The translations under genes were made by a program, and so were the position numbers. The notes beneath the pieces were generated by a model. That model saw only the letters and a list, made by a program, of their open reading frames with translations. It was not told the DNA's origin and searched no databases. From the NCBI GenBank assembly GCA_965203295.1, contig CBDBCZ010000014.1, positions 320,001 to 384,000 of the forward strand: DNA of 64,000 bases. The letters run 5' to 3'. Numbering within the stretch: position 1 is the stretch's first letter; each line of letters opens with the position of its first letter. Below, one piece after another: positions 25,203 to 39,250 of the stretch. Origin of the DNA: Nitrospirales bacterium. GTDB lineage: Bacteria; Nitrospirota; Nitrospiria; Nitrospirales; UBA8639.

Positions 25203-28200
25203 AGCAAGAGCTTTTGTAAGGACAAAATTTTCGTGATGCCGTGTTGTAGGTGCAACCGTTCTGGCAGCTGCAGGGGCTGCTCTTGTGTGAAGAAAGGCGA
25301 AGCCTGTACCAACTGTCTTCCGAGTCGCCTCGGAAACTGCCTCCAACTGGCTTTTTCCCCCGCCGGTACTTCAGCCGCTTCTGCCCATCACCCCTCTGCT
25401 GTCAACTCGGCTCCAATTACTGCCCCCTCCCACCCGCCTCCCTCCTCTGGGTCCGACGACCTCCCCCCGCTGACTGCCATCCTATCCCTGTCCTATCCAA
25501 CCCTGCACCACGTCCCCAAGAGAGCTAGAGATGCCTGGGCAGGTATTGTGAGCGATACCTTCGATGCCATAAGCCTGGCCCCCTCGGACCTCGAGGCCTG
25601 GAGTAAATCCTTTATGCTGGCTCGGTGCATTTTGGCAAACCCAGAGAGGGCAGGTCGCAATCACTGGCGTGACACTGAGAAGGCCGTTCTATCCAGAATT
25701 AGACGATGGAAGGAAGGAGATTACATTGGCCTTTGGTCGGAAACCGTGAAAGCTGACGAGAGGCTACAAAAGCGAAGAAGAAAACCCAAGAAGCAGTCGC
25801 CTGACTCCCTTCGGCAGTCCAATGCCAGGCGTGCTCATCAAGCCATGGAGGACGGACAATACAAGAAGGCTGCACAGGCGTTAACCTCCGATGGGCTTGC
25901 TCCCGCATCTACTGAAGTGTACGCAGAAATGCTGAACAAGCATCCCCAGTCCTCCCCCCCGCCTATCTCCCCTGCCCCAGCCCCTTCCCCAGTCACCATC
26001 ACTGAGGAGGGAGTCATCAAGGCCCTCAAATCTTTCCCATCTGGAACCGCCCCCGGCCCTTCGTGCTTCAGGGCTAACCACCTCAAGGAAGCTGTGTTCT
26101 GCCCCTCCCCTGCCCGTGCCAACTCTGCCCTGCTCACCTTGGTAAAGGTGGTCAACCTCTTGTGTGCCGGGCAAGCTCCCCCCGAAGTTGTGCCCCACCT
26201 TTGCGGAGCCTCGCTCTTCGCCTGCAAAAAGAAGGGAGGAGGTCTCCGACCTATTGCTGTGGGGGAGGTCCTACGCCGCTTGACCTCGAAATGTGTCGCC
26301 CGAGCCGTCAGTCACGAAGCCGCTGAGCTATTGTCACCAGTCCAACTAGGGGTTGGAGTCAGGGATGGCTGTGAGGCCATCGTGCACGCAGTAAGCAGAG
26401 TTCAAGAGGACACTGACATCCCTCCAGAGGAACGGTGGACTCTTCTCCTGGACTTCTCGAATGCTTTAACAGCGTGAATCGGGAAGCCATGTTCAAAGAG
26501 GTGAGAGCCCGTATTCCCTCCATGGCTGCCTGGATGGAGAGCTGTTATGGTGCCCAACCCATCCTCCGCTTGGGCAGCCACACCATCCTCAGTTGCTGCG
26601 GTGTCCAGCAAGGGGACCCGCTAGGACCCCTGGGCTTCTCCCTGGCATTCCTCCCCATCATTGAAAAGATCCAGGATCAGGTGCCCGGTCTCTTGATCAA
26701 TGCGTGGTATCTTGACGACGGAACCCTCTGCGGATCTGCCAAGGACCTCAGCTCTGCCCTTGAGATCATAGAAAGTGAGGCACCCATCTATGGCCTCCAC
26801 CTGAACAGGTCCAAATCCCTCCTCCACATCCCCGAGGGCCTCTCTGGCCACAATCCCCTCCCAGCTGACATTCCGATCACCAGAGATGGATTCGACCTCT
26901 TGGGCTCCCCCATCGGTTCAGCCTCCCACTGCGAGGCATCAGTCCTCCGCCGGGTGCAGAAGGTGCAAGTGATCCTGTCCAAGCTCCCAGACCTCCAAGA
27001 TTCTCAAATGGAGACCACCCTCCTTCGCCATTGCCTAGCCCTCCCCAAGGTCGCGTTCGCCCTTCGCACTTGCCCCCCTTCCCACCTCCAAGAGGCTGCC
27101 ACGGCCTTCGACCACGCCATGCGGGATGCTCTCACGGACCTTGCTGGCGGTCCCCTGTCAGCGTGGGCCTGGCTGAAGGCCTCCCTCCCCAGCTCCCTGG
27201 GGGGTCTTACCGTTCGTCAGGCTTCCCTCCATGCTCCGGCTGCCTACCTGGCTTCGCTGAGCCAATGTGATGACCTAGTCACCGGGATCCTCGGGTACGT
27301 ACCCAAAGCCTCCCAACACCTGATCCCAGCCCTCTCCAGCCTTGCTCAGGCCACTGGTAAACCAGAATGGACCTCCATCCAAGATGTGGACGTGCCTCTC
27401 CGCCAACGGCCCCTCAGTCACACCATCGACCTTGCCTCCTTCGACGAGCTTATTGCCTGCTCCCAGGATGATCGCTCTAGGGCGCTAGCCCATTCCACCG
27501 CCCTACCTCATGCTGGTGATTGGCTGAATGTTATCCCTTCCAAGGCCCTGGGTCTCCATCTCCAGGACTTGGAATTCCGCCTCTGCCTGCAGTATTGGCT
27601 GGGTCTGCGGATGGTGGAGGAGGGGGCCCCGTGCCCCGTTTGTCAGAGAGTGGCAGACCCCTACGGTGACCATCAGATTGGGTGCGGTGGTAATGGGGAT
27701 AGGATCCATCGCCATGACTCCATCCGGGATGCTGTTTTCTCTGCGGCTCAGTCCGCTGCCTTAGCGCCCCGGAGGGAGGTCCCTGCCCTGGTCCCTGGAT
27801 CCTCCAGCCGCCCAGCCGACATCTACCTCCCCACCTGGAAAAGGGGCCAACCCGCCGCCCTTGATGTTACCGTCATTTCCACTCTGCAGAGCCTGACTCT
27901 GAGCGGTGCCGCCTCTACACCTGGGCATGCCCTATCAGTGGCGGCTGAACGGAAGAGAACCGCCCACGCCACTGCCTGCCACTCAGTTGGCATTACCTTC
28001 ATTCCACTTGTTGTGGAATCTCTGGGTGGATGGGGCCCCGAGGCAATCTCCACCCTCAAGGACATTGGCCGTCTCCAAGGCCAGCGCCTCGGCACTCCCC
28101 CCTCGCTCGCCACCCGGCATCTGTTCCAGCGGCTTGCCATCCGGCTATGGAGGGGTAACGCCACCCTATGATCGGCCGACTCCCCATCCACTCCTCTGAG

Positions 28201-28295
28201 GTGGATGGAGTACAGTGACTCTTTTACCCTTGCTTTTTGTTTGTTTTTGTTTTTGTTTTTTATTTTTCTTTTTTCATGAAGTTTTGCTTATAAAA
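25203..28295 (+). mobile_element. CRE-clade non-LTR retrotransposon (RT + restriction-like endonuclease), near full length
   Basis: N-terminal Cys cluster. RT motifs GGLRPIAVGE, LLDFSNA[F]N, GVQQGDPLGP, WYLDDG. CCHC-like CPVC..H..C, RHD, RPADI..ALDVTV (RLE). T-rich 3' end. Two 1-bp deletions (about 26466 and 28171). Confidence 0.9.
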
Positions 28296-28816
28296 TGTAC
28301 GTACATGTACGTATACTTCTGCATACTATTTCTCCATGTACAGAAGTGGTTGTATCAGGTTAAATATTCTTTATATGTGCTAAAACAAGCAGATACATGC
28401 AGTTCCCGTGCAGAAAATGTAACGCCGATACGCGCAGTGCGCGATGGGTAAGCGTGTATAAACGTATAATCGCGACTGTACGCGGAATAGCGCGAGAAAG
28501 GGTAATATTGCGCACCGCATGCGCGTATGCCTACGTACGCGTACGTTGCGCACGTGAGCAATACGTACGCACTAAACTCTACGTACGTACGTACGCGTAA
28601 CGACGCGGAAGGTGCGTACGCATATGGCACGCGCATACGTAGCAACATGTGTACACGTATACTAGCGCAGCAAGCGTACATACACGCCAGCTGCAGCGAC
28701 TTACTATGACAAAGCATAGTTTGCAGGTTTTCATACATGAACAAGTACACAAGAGGTAAGTTGCACAGATACATGTATAGAGGCAAGCATACAATATACA
28801 GTATACACACATTTAT

Positions 28817-29368
28817 TTAATCATGTGACAAAGTGTTTGGGAACCGTACAATATAACATTCCGTACTAGAAACCTGCACATACATACACTTTTCAAGAAT
28901 AGAATGCACACTGACGACATCAAAAGCATCAAGCATGGATACAGGAATAATGATTTTATTTAAAGATGTAATATCAGAAGAAAATTTTTCATTGAAAATA
29001 GCCTGTGGGCAGGCTTTTCTGACTACAGCTAATGGAGTTGAACCGACTAGAATAAAGTATTTTATTTGCCCATATACAACAAGCCTACTGCACATATACA
29101 TCACTGTATAACTGTTTCTTCTTTTCACTCTCTTGTAGTCAGAAGAATAGTAAATGGACTCAGGCTGCAAAATTTTTAGTCTATAGAATGTTAGAAGTTG
29201 CTGGTCTGTACACAGCTGATCATGACCAAGTCCATTATCTACAATGTATTTGTTTAACTGATGTATAATTGAAACAGTGGGGAGCTTTAAAGCTGTTTTC
29301 CCAAGCATCACAGCATTGGCGTCAAGTGGTTGTCTTCTTTCTCTGTATAGTGAAAACAAGGCAAGCAT
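28817..29368 (-). pseudogene. C-terminal portion of an EnSpm-like transposase
   Basis: YYSSDYKRVKRRNSYTV..VYGQIKYFI..ILEKCMYV..YIVRFPN. Catalytic core absent. Confidence 0.75.
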
Positions 29369-30033
29369 GCATTCTCTAAAATACTTTAGTAAGTTCGTTG
29401 ACCTTCACAACATGAATGTCACTTAGAATACCAACTTGGTAACATTCACGTTTCAAAGGTCATAATCCAAACCAAAAAGAATGGTCTGAGTACAACCTGA
29501 CTTAATTATTGTATAATTAATATCAATGTTTGCAGGTTGGTCATTAGCTACGAACTTCTTGCATCCGAAGACCATATTGAGAGCCCCCTCCACTCGACTG
29601 CAGTGTGAATGTATGCGAACTGAAGGAAGTAGCTGCATCATTGCAAAGGAGAATATGACCTATGGAGAGAAAATATTCGCTGTTCACGAAGGCTATACAG
29701 GTATAGTTATTGCAAATGAAACACTGCATAAAGCATTGTGACAGCAAGCATTGTGACAGTTTGGTTCTTTCTTGCAGACTCAACTAGAGACAAGCTTTCC
29801 TTCACCAGATGAATATTCACCAATTGGTCCAGGAACATCAACACCTAGTACAGCTAGCACAGCGTGGGAGGTAGGTATATAGACAATCCCAAGATTGAGT
29901 GAAGGCCTTTAGCAAGTTGAAACTAAGCAAAGATTAAAGTATGAACTCTGGAGAATAACTGCATGTGATGCATGTTTTTATGTCTACACAGCTTAGTGCC
30001 ATGCTGACACATAAAATTTACTATGATTCTATA

Positions 30034-31036
30034 GCGTGACGTGCTAGTGGATATACAAAGTATGAAGAGGTCCATCCAGCGGCTGGAAGAACAGATGGCC
30101 CAGATCTTTAACACCATCTACAAGAGGAAGAGGTCGAGTGTTCAAAAGGTATACCCATCAGACTAAGAATGACTATACATTGTCTCAGTATTAATTATTA
30201 CAATCAAAACGTGAAACAGTAATATAGGCTAGCAATTTGAAATGTCAATTTCCTTTGCCGTATACCGGCCAGCATGAGAATGCTGTCTGCACTACATTGA
30301 AAAATCTCAATATTTTATCTGTACTTCCCTAGGAGGAGAAAGCTGTGATCATCAAGAAAGTGAGTAACGGCGTTCATACTCTCATCCAAGCGTGCATGCC
30401 TGGTTTAGTAATAGATTTTACACTCTATTGTAGGATGAATCTGAGGGGGTGACATCTATACCGTCTTGTTCTACCTCCTGGTTAGTTGTTTATGGTTAAA
30501 GACAAACTGGGCCTAGGGCTAAAGTCAAGATGCTTTCCTGATTTGAACATGCGTAATCTCATGACTGTTTAGGGTGACTAAACTTTTAACATGTATCCTT
30601 GCAGATGGTATATGGCTTGGCAACCCTAGAGATGAGGGGGAGAGGGTTGCAGTTGATATAACCCCAGAAGAGCTCTCAAGAGCTGAAAACATGGGCATCA
30701 CACCAGAGAAACTGGGAATCCAGCTGCTCTTTGTTTTATTTACCAAGGAGCAGCTCAGCAAGGGCAACCCAACAAAGCCAAGAAAACCTGGGATACAGTT
30801 ACTCGATCAAACTAAAATAAAAGCAATAAGGGGTAAGAGCACCTGTATTATTGTTCTTTTAATTACAAACCATTAAGTTGTATACACATGCACACACGCA
30901 CACAATACGTATTTTAGCTCACCTGAAGTACAAGTTCCCCATTCAGCATGGAAATCCTGGCGAAACAGAAGAGCAGAGATGGACGAGGGTTTTGCAGAAG
31001 AGTCTGAATGCGAAATGTCGCAACCTTCGTGACTAG
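30034..31036 (+). CDS. Spliced coiled-coil + BEN-like domain gene (5' part unresolved)
   Basis: Exon about 30034-30147 encodes a heptad pattern (IQSMKRSIQRLEEQMAQI). Exons 30604-30832 and 30918-31036 splice in frame to LGIQLLFVLFTKEQLSKGN..LDQTKIKAIRAHL..WTRVLQKSLNAKCRNLRD*. Confidence 0.8.
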
Positions 31037-31939
31037 TTTTGTTCTATAGTTCCGAGCCGTAGAGGCTGTTTCAGTTTTTGTTTTTGTAGTTTTTGGGTGG
31101 AGTGTGTAGAGGCTGTAACTGCCTCTGGCAACACACTCTGCCCCAGATTTCTTGCTTGCTGCCTCTTGCAGCACACCCACTCCAGATTTCTACATTCCCC
31201 TAATGACTTACATGTGTACGCGTCGAGTAGCGTATATTCATATTACGCTTGTACGCGCACGCGAACTTTACGTAATCGCACGCGGTGTACGTACGTATAT
31301 AGTGGTGCATCGCGAGCGTTAACACGCGCAGTACGAGAAAGCGGTCGACAATATGCGTACGTAAGTTCGCGTCAGTTTGCGTTAACGTATAAAGCACGTC
31401 GCGATATTTTGCGTACACGCACGCTTCAGCGACCGCGTATTTAAGTTTAGATTCGCGTGAGAGCGCACATATGCGTTATCTTTTTTGCACGGGTTGTCAT
31501 AATTTATTTATCGATAGGAACCAGGGAGCATGTCTTACAGGAAGCAAGAACCATGGAAGCGGGACCATGAGGAAGCAAGAACTGAAGAAGCTGATGCTGC
31601 TTTGATTAGGTACTGTAGGATCGATTCAGCATTGAATTTCCTTAACCCCCACCACCCCCACCCCTGCCTGCTCTCTATCCGTACTACCTCTCCAGGTCAT
31701 CATCAGTTCAGTCAGGTACTTCCAACCTGTCTACTAAGGATAACTTGGTTATGTTTGTCTTTTATGTTTGAATATAAGCGTTGCTTGCTAGAAGGATCAT
31801 ACCCTGTAATACATGTACATAATAGGATAAACCACTGCACTATACAAGGCAAACTCCTTACAAACTTAACCTCTAGATCTGTGCAATTACTTGAATGTGA
31901 AAGTTTTCTGTGGTACAGATTCTGTTGCTTCTACATATG

Positions 31940-32760
31940 TAGGATTCTGCTTCTGTCGTGGAGGCAGTGAGTGATGAAATAAGGAGAATGAATCGCAACT
32001 TAGAACTGCTATCCAACCATAATATTATGCGAAGGAAGAGAGACATTGGTTCTCTTGTGCGTCAAACGTATTCTTCCATAAGTTTTGCACCTTTGGATCG
32101 TGATGAAGGAGTATCTCTTAGAATTTTTCTCTCTCACCACCTGGAAAAGCTGGTTGGATTGAGCAAGATGTTGGCAGCTGAATATACCGGCATGATGCTG
32201 AGCAAGTCTGAAAGCACAATCAGGCAATGGAGAGCTAATCTGTCTAGAGTGGTTATAATTGCGAGACAATTTCAACAAGGCCAATATCAGCAAAGCGGTG
32301 TCCTGTGGTCTTCTAAGGATCTGAACAAGAAGGAATCAGTCGGGTCAATGAGGAGCTCTCGCCAAACTCCAATCTAGCGCCTAGCTGGTTTTCCAAGAAA
32401 GGTGCCCGTTGAAACTTGTCGTCAATGGCTGCACAAACTGGGCTTTGACAGCTTTCTCCCAGCAAAAGAATGTATTTGATGGGTAAGAACCAGAGGATGT
32501 GATTGAATACCACCAATTTTTTTCTAAGAAGATGGTTAAGATTGGCTTCCTTCACCCAGACCAGGCACCTACTCCAGAGGCAGCAAGGGCCTGTCCTCGT
32601 GACGTCTCGTCACCATCAACAAAGACGAGAAACAAGACCGTTGTGTTCCTTCATGAGGAGTGCATGTTTCAAGCAAATGACAATCAGAAGGCAATGGGGC
32701 TAGAAAGGAGAGTTCATGATACGCTCAAAGAGCAAGGGCCCAGGAATTATGGCAACGGGA
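31940..32760 (+). pseudogene. Degenerate IS630/Tc1-mariner-related DDE transposase fragment
   Basis: KSESTIRQWR (HTH), FDG.EPEDVIEYH, VVFLHEECMFQAND..WG..IRSKSKGPGIM. Multiple frameshifts. Confidence 0.6.
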
Positions 32761-34129
32761 GTGTGGAAATCGAGAAATAACAACCCCCACCTACACACAC
32801 GCATAGTTTCCACCACGGCATGGAGCAAGGCCTGGTGCAGGCACAGGAACTCGCACAGGGCCAGCATGGGTCTGGGGTCCTCAGCAGAGGCCCAAAAGGA
32901 GAGGCTGGTAGCCAGGGCGCTTAATCCCCGACACATCCGTATGGGGGCAATGTTTCATACTGTACACGGGCATTATATACTCCAAAGACCCCGGTCGCCT
33001 CCCTGACATGTTAAGTTACATGTATCAGATCAACAGGGCCAGCCAACAATACAGGTGGCCCTCATGGCTCATATTTGACTCTAACTTTCGCCAGCAAATG
33101 GCCAAAAGTGGGAGCAAGGTCTGGGCTCACCTGGACCCAAGTATGTATGCTATTGCGCTGTGTATGTACGCACATCATTAGCACTGTGTATGAGTACATA
33201 CGTAATTGTATGCATACAGAGCCTGACAATGCGGTTTCATGTTGAGTGTTTGTCGTGCATAGTACACAATATTCTCTGCAAATGTGCACATTAGCGTGCT
33301 AAAGCGCGTATGCATGGATGTTTATTACTGCATGAGAATACGCGACGCACACCTTTTTTATGCACGAGAAATGGTTGCAATCAAAGTTTGCAAAGCCAGC
33401 TTATCAAACATATTGCGAATGCTCACGATTTTCTCATAAAACCATTTGCAACATACTGTACACAAGTACTTTATCAAAATTGTATGGCTAGAAGAGAGCT
33501 ATTAGGGAATTTGGAAAGAAAAGAAGAAAAGAGATCCACTAACGCGGAAGATGGTTGAGTGGAAAGACCAGATACCCAAGACATGCAACATTCTGTTTTT
33601 CTTTTCATTCACAAAGGCTGGCCACATGAGAAAGACAATAGAACAGGCAGGCATGTTTAGCAATAGATACACAGTGCGTAAGTAGGTCTTAATGTGTTTT
33701 AAGTAGCTTGCTTTGGCAACTGGGATGGATGTGTCTTTATTATATAGTTTGTAGGTACTGTTTGAACTATCCCTCAGTTTCTATACATTAAAACAGTCAA
33801 GAATACATTAAGAGCATCATTTAGAAAGCAATTGGTTTGTAATCCAATACTAAATACAACTACAAATGTCATCTACAACTTTTTTTACTAAGTTAATGTC
33901 AAAAAGAAGAACAGAAACATTTCCTGCATTTCTAAATCCCAGTATAGTGTAGGACATCCCTAGCACATTACTATGATCCATTCAGTTGAACACTTCCACA
34001 AACGAGGGAGCCCAAATGAAGTGACCTAAGAATATTTCCAGAAAGAGTTTGCAAGAAGGATAATGGAAAGACATGTACACAGTTAAGCTTATTTTCCTGT
34101 AGCGCTTTGCATGACTTGATACAAACTGT

Positions 34130-35490
34130 TTTCAACGGACCTTGTGCACTCACTATATTCCATCTCCAGTGGATACATTGTGATAGGATGAGGCAGGAAA
34201 CATACACACAGCATGTTAAGTTGACAAAAAAACTTGTAGATATTGGAAATTGGTACACAATGTGTTTAGATGTAGGAAACTTCCTACATCATGTAAGCTA
34301 TGTTTACATAGCAACACCTACTCATCTTTTATTTAAAATGGGTAAAAAAGATTCTAAAACTTAATTTGGACAGTGAATTCCAGACATTTCCCTTGTAGAA
34401 TCAATTTGAAATAAAGAGGTATTACAGTTTTATTGGTGGAAGAGTTTTGTTCGAATTAAGTTCAGTAGTTCAGTTGTTTGCAGGGTTTTGTGTAACTGTA
34501 GAATTTGATTAGTACTACAATTTTGTACAAGTCTTTCCAAAGTTGTCTGGGAAGTCATTTTAAATAAATTAAAACTTTGGCGAAAGAGTTGTTGTTTAAT
34601 AGTTCAACTGTTTGCAGGGTGTTGTGGAAATTGTTTTGCAAAATTCCATACAAGTCTTTCAGAAGTCATTTGCGAAGTCGCAAAATGAAATCACCTGCCG
34701 CTGGCTGCAAGTATGATAGCAAAGAGAGTGCTCAACTTCAATTTACCTAAAGCAAAGAACTACATACATGTAGATCCCAAACAACCAGATGACTGCAATC
34801 AAGAACTGTAAACTTGAGATAGAACAATCCAAACTCATGGAGATAAATCATTAAGAACTACACCCACGTTGAGCTCTCACCAACCAAGTTTAAAGTACGT
34901 AGATCTCCAAACAGCTGGAACAACAAAGACCACTCTGGATCAGCCCAACACTCTAGAGGAATAAACCAATTTTGATTGTTCTTATTTTTCCACATGCATT
35001 TTACATGACAACATACTAATTGCTTTCAACAGACCTTGTGCACTCACTATATTCTACTGCGAGACTTTACACATTGTGATGTGACAAGATGATGAAGAAA
35101 AAACATGCATGCGCACAGCAAGTTAAGTAACAATTTTTTTTTGATATTGGAAATTGGTACACAATGCGCTTAGATGTAGGAAACTTCCTACACTATGCAA
35201 GCTACATAAACATAGATAGCAACAATTGCTAGTCTTTTATTTGGAAAACTTTACTTTGGACAGTGAACTTGTATGAATTTAACCTTGTAAAACCAAAGGG
35301 TTGTATCAGTTACAGTGAAAGAGAGCTAAGTTCAGTTGTTTGCAGGGTGTTGTGGAACTGCAGAATTTGTTCAGTATCAAAATTTGTGCAAGTCTTTCCA
35401 AATTTGCCTGCAAAGCCATCTTAATGAAAGCTGAACTTTGGTGAAAGATCTGTTGCTTAATGTTTGCAGGGTGTTGTGGAAATTGTAGAA
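34130..35490. repeat. Diverged segmental duplication (about 34130-34640 vs 35025-35490)
   Basis: Shared blocks gaccttgtgcactcactatattc, gatattggaaattggtacacaatg, tagatgtaggaaacttcctaca, tttgcagggtgttgtggaa. Confidence 0.8.
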
Positions 35491-35529
35491 TTAGTTTAGC
35501 AAAATATAAAGCAGAAAACCTCCAAACAG

Positions 35530-35780
35530 TTGAAACAACGAAAATCACCCTGAATCAGCTCAACACCCTATATGAATACGACAAAGTATTGGTCAAGGCT
35601 AAAGTGATCCAAGTGAGATCCTGTCACTGTGAGCACTGGCAAGCAAAAGCAGGTGTATTGCCGATGTGACTTCAACAGCAACCTTGATACTATATGGGAG
35701 TCCGACATTGGCAAGCTCCAACTACAAAATGCAACGTACATGTACAACTAACAACTAATCTAGTGGTTCAATTGTCACCT
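35530..35780 (+). pseudogene. OB-fold (RPA/SSB-like) fragment
   Basis: ITLNQL..YDKVLVKAKVIQV..GKQKQ..TIWESDIGKL, frameshifted. Confidence 0.5.
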
Positions 35781-36149
35781 CCTGCAACATCTCCAAGCCT
35801 TTGGAGATTGTCTGCAAATCATCACTACCCCACACCGTGACAATTAAGGGATGCACATACCATACAAAGGCACCACTGTTTACAGCACCACCTAACTGAA
35901 CCAGCTGAAGCTATGTTTGCTTGTATAAATATATTTGTCAGTCTGCTTGTCTGTAATTACCTCTTTCTAATGTACTTATTCAAGTTAGACTGGCATTGCT
36001 GCAGGCTAGTCGGCCAATATGTACTCGTTTGTATTTCACTGTAAGAAAGAAGGCCAAACATGAAGATCCACTTCTCACAACACCAGGCCCAACATTCCAC
36101 AGATCTTCCTGATATGGCCAGAAGAGGGACAACAGTTTCTGGAAAGACT

Positions 36150-36470
36150 AAACAATCTCTCACCTACTATTAAGTTGACCTGGCAGATCTCTACTACAGA
36201 AGCTATCTTCCTAGATGTAGCAATCCGAAAGGACAGTTCGAATCCCAGTAGGTTAATTACAGCCATGCCACAACCTACAGCATAAGAGAGAAGGCTGTAG
36301 AATGTCAGACGGAATAACGATCAATACCATACCAGAAACCACTCAATCACTACATATTCAATTCTTATCACCCTACTCATCCTAAAAGGAGCTTCATCAA
36401 AGCTGAACTTATTTGCTATGTGAAACTTCTCTCAGGGGCAACAGACTACCTCAAAATCAGAACCCTGTGA
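36150..36470 (+). pseudogene. Penelope-like RT C-terminal/thumb fragment
   Basis: AIFLDVAIRK..YQKPLNHYIFNSYHPTHPKRSFIKAELICYV. Confidence 0.65.
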
Positions 36471-36539
36471 GTCTGAAATGGAAGAGCTACCAAGCGAGGA
36501 TGATGAGCCGCCCCTGGAAAACACCGAGACCAATCAGCA

Positions 36540-38200
36540 ATATGACGTACATTTGTCAGGGATAATGTGGACAAGAATGTGAAGCCATCTTTGCAACGGC
36601 AGGAATTAAAATGGCAATCTCTTCACTATTTTCATGCCTATGCAATGAAGGGCTGGGTGAACCTAGCATCACTGTTAGGCTCCCCTCCAGCTAGATGTGC
36701 TTTCAATTCAAATGTCCTACTTCTGTCGACTGCTCAGTATCGTGAGGAGATGTGCATTCTTTCATCACAGTAAGCTTTCTTAGTAATATACATAGTCTAA
36801 TATTCAGGTTCACTGTGGCATGGATCCTGGGAATGAACCAATTTGGTACAGCATTTATGATCTAATGCGTCTTGTAGATTATTGTTCAGCATATGGTTGG
36901 CTTCAAGGGTCAGGCCAAGCAAGTCACATGGCATATACCCAGCAAGTATGCCAAAGAGAGACGTCAATGAAGACCTAAGATAGTACTAAGGCTTCCCAAA
37001 TACACAAGACCTAAGATAGTACTAAAGTACAAAATTCTACTGGGAGATCAGTTGACTGTAGCCTGAATACATAAATCCCAGCCACTTCGAGGCACAGAAG
37101 ACAGAGCTTTTTGATAGATGAGAGGGCATTATTGCAGTTGTGGAGGACTGGCTTACCAGGATGGCCCTTATGAGGGTACGTTTAGGCATTTCACCATCAA
37201 AATAATGAACTTGTATGAACAGCATGCATGCCCCACAGCATGCATACCACTTTACAGCTTTTAATTATAAGTGTGTAGGCAATTGAATGGGAAAGCACTA
37301 GGAATGAAGCAGTTAATTAATTAATTGAAATGATTTGTGCATTACATGTATGTACCTGCAGACTATCTGGCAACGACTATATTCCACCAAGTCTAGCAAG
37401 GGGAAAGCAACCATGTATCAGTTGTGAAACCTCATCAACCGAACAACATGCAATACCATCTGATCCAGGTGATAATATGAATGCAGCAGAAGACTTTCTC
37501 TTGCTACTCCTACATGCACATGGTGTGGCTGCAGAAATAGTCATTCAGTCTGCCAACCCTACACTGTATGAGCACTGTTTCTGAACTTGCCAAATCAGTT
37601 GTTGCACGCTGGCCACAGGTGAGCTCAGCACAAGACCCAGAAGCATGCCAAGAAGGCATACATATGTATGCTGTTGAGCTGTTAACACACTTGGTCTACT
37701 ATGGCATGGGTTGCATGATGCAATTAGAGAGGGAGATGGTGAATGAAAAATTCGTTTTTGTTGATTATCTTCAAGTCCTCAAATCACCCCAATTACGCCA
37801 AAGAGGCAGTCCAGTTTTTACTTCAATACGAGTACTTATTCCCAGAAAGGCAAAGGGCGCAACTTCTCTGGTGTCGGTGGGTGAATACAAGGGGATGCTG
37901 TGGTGATAGCATTCCTTGCGATTTACACATGGAGCACCTTAAACAATGACTTAAACAGTTTGAAAGGCCTAGGGACAAACATTTCACCAAAGCTGTTGTA
38001 AAGGCAGGTAAAAGCATTGCAACAGTGCAGCATGTATGCCAGTCATTTGCAAGACAAACTTTCAGTTACTGATCATCACCCATTTCCAAGCTTTGGAAAG
38101 GACTTCTCAATGGTACTAAAGACACACGAGGAGATGAATGCATTCGTACCAATCAGTAAACGGCAGCACGATAGTTTCAAATTGAAGTGTGGGCTGGTCG
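36540..38200 (+). pseudogene. Decayed multi-exon Academ transposase (DUF6589-like)
   Basis: DNVDKNVKP..SLHYFHAYA, NAAEDFL, HDAIREGDG, HPNYAKEA..LLWCRWVNTRG..IPCDLHMEHL. Confidence 0.8.
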
Positions 38201-38879
38201 TAATGGATATGATGCTGGAGCAATTATATTTGAAGGGAAAAGGTAGAAGGCACACTAATAAGAAAATGAAAGAGTACGTGGATAATCGTACTGTTTGTAA
38301 ACATAGGTTTTTCAAGATTTTATTAAAAAGAAATCCAAGTATGTGGTTGTAAATGTTCCGATATATGTGCCAAATCTTGTACATGCAGTTTGTGTCAGCA
38401 ATACTTATGTAGCTACACAAGACAAATTTGATAAATACTGGTTTGAACTTTCTTTCTCCAGTAGTCCAACCTGTCCCTTGAACATACTCTTCAAGATTGT
38501 ACCCAGTGCATGACCCTTCTCATGTCTGAAATATTTACACCTAATCCGAATGCAGATGTTGCAATCACTAGATGGAGTTTACTAGCCAATGTCGTGACAG
38601 TTGAGAGCACCTGTTCTTTCTCTTTTGATTAGTTTAAACACAACTGTACATTTCAACCATCCTAAATTAGAGACACACTAGGGTAACCAGTGCAGGAAGA
38701 ATCTAGCGAGGTAGCTGCAGCAATCTCTAGCCATGGCAGGAATCATTTTGCCCTCTTTCTGAAAAATTGCTGATGTAAACAAGAAGGTGCAACTTCTATT
38801 TGATCTGGGAATGAGTGATTTTGTCAATGAAGGCTGCTGACCAAGCACTTAAACGTCAAGTGTCACGGACTTCGGGATT

Positions 38880-39162
38880 AACTTAAATATTGTGTGTTGT
38901 ACGTATGTGACCCCAAAACCCGGCACAAGTGTCGAGATTGAACTGACCTAACTTATTGTGCGTGTTGTACGTAACTTACGTTAATGCGTTACGTACGTAC
39001 GCATCAAAATGCGCACACTTATTGCGTACTATAGCCGTGTACTTATGCAAGAGTAAATGAAGAATTGTGCGCAAGTTTCCGCGACCGCACATGAATACCC
39101 ACATGTACTAGAGGCATATATACGCGTAAGTACGCGATTGTTTGTAGGTCGTTTTACACGGG
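38880..39162. mobile_element. Orphan CCCGTG-type end with TACG/ACGT motif array
   Basis: Ends gtcgttttacacggg. Dense tacgt/acgca motifs. Confidence 0.55.
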
Positions 39163-39250
39163 CAGGAATGTATGGGCTACCAAAAATTGGTGTATACATT
39201 GTAACTACATTATCTGTAGTGATCGAACAATGTCGTGTGTTGTAACAACT

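Larger units (their letters stand above)
28405..31493. mobile_element. EnSpm/CACTA-like element, internally deleted
   Basis: Ends cccgtgcagaaaa / ttttttgcacggg, 2-bp TT flanks, ~300-bp CpG-rich motif arrays at both ends. Confidence 0.85.
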
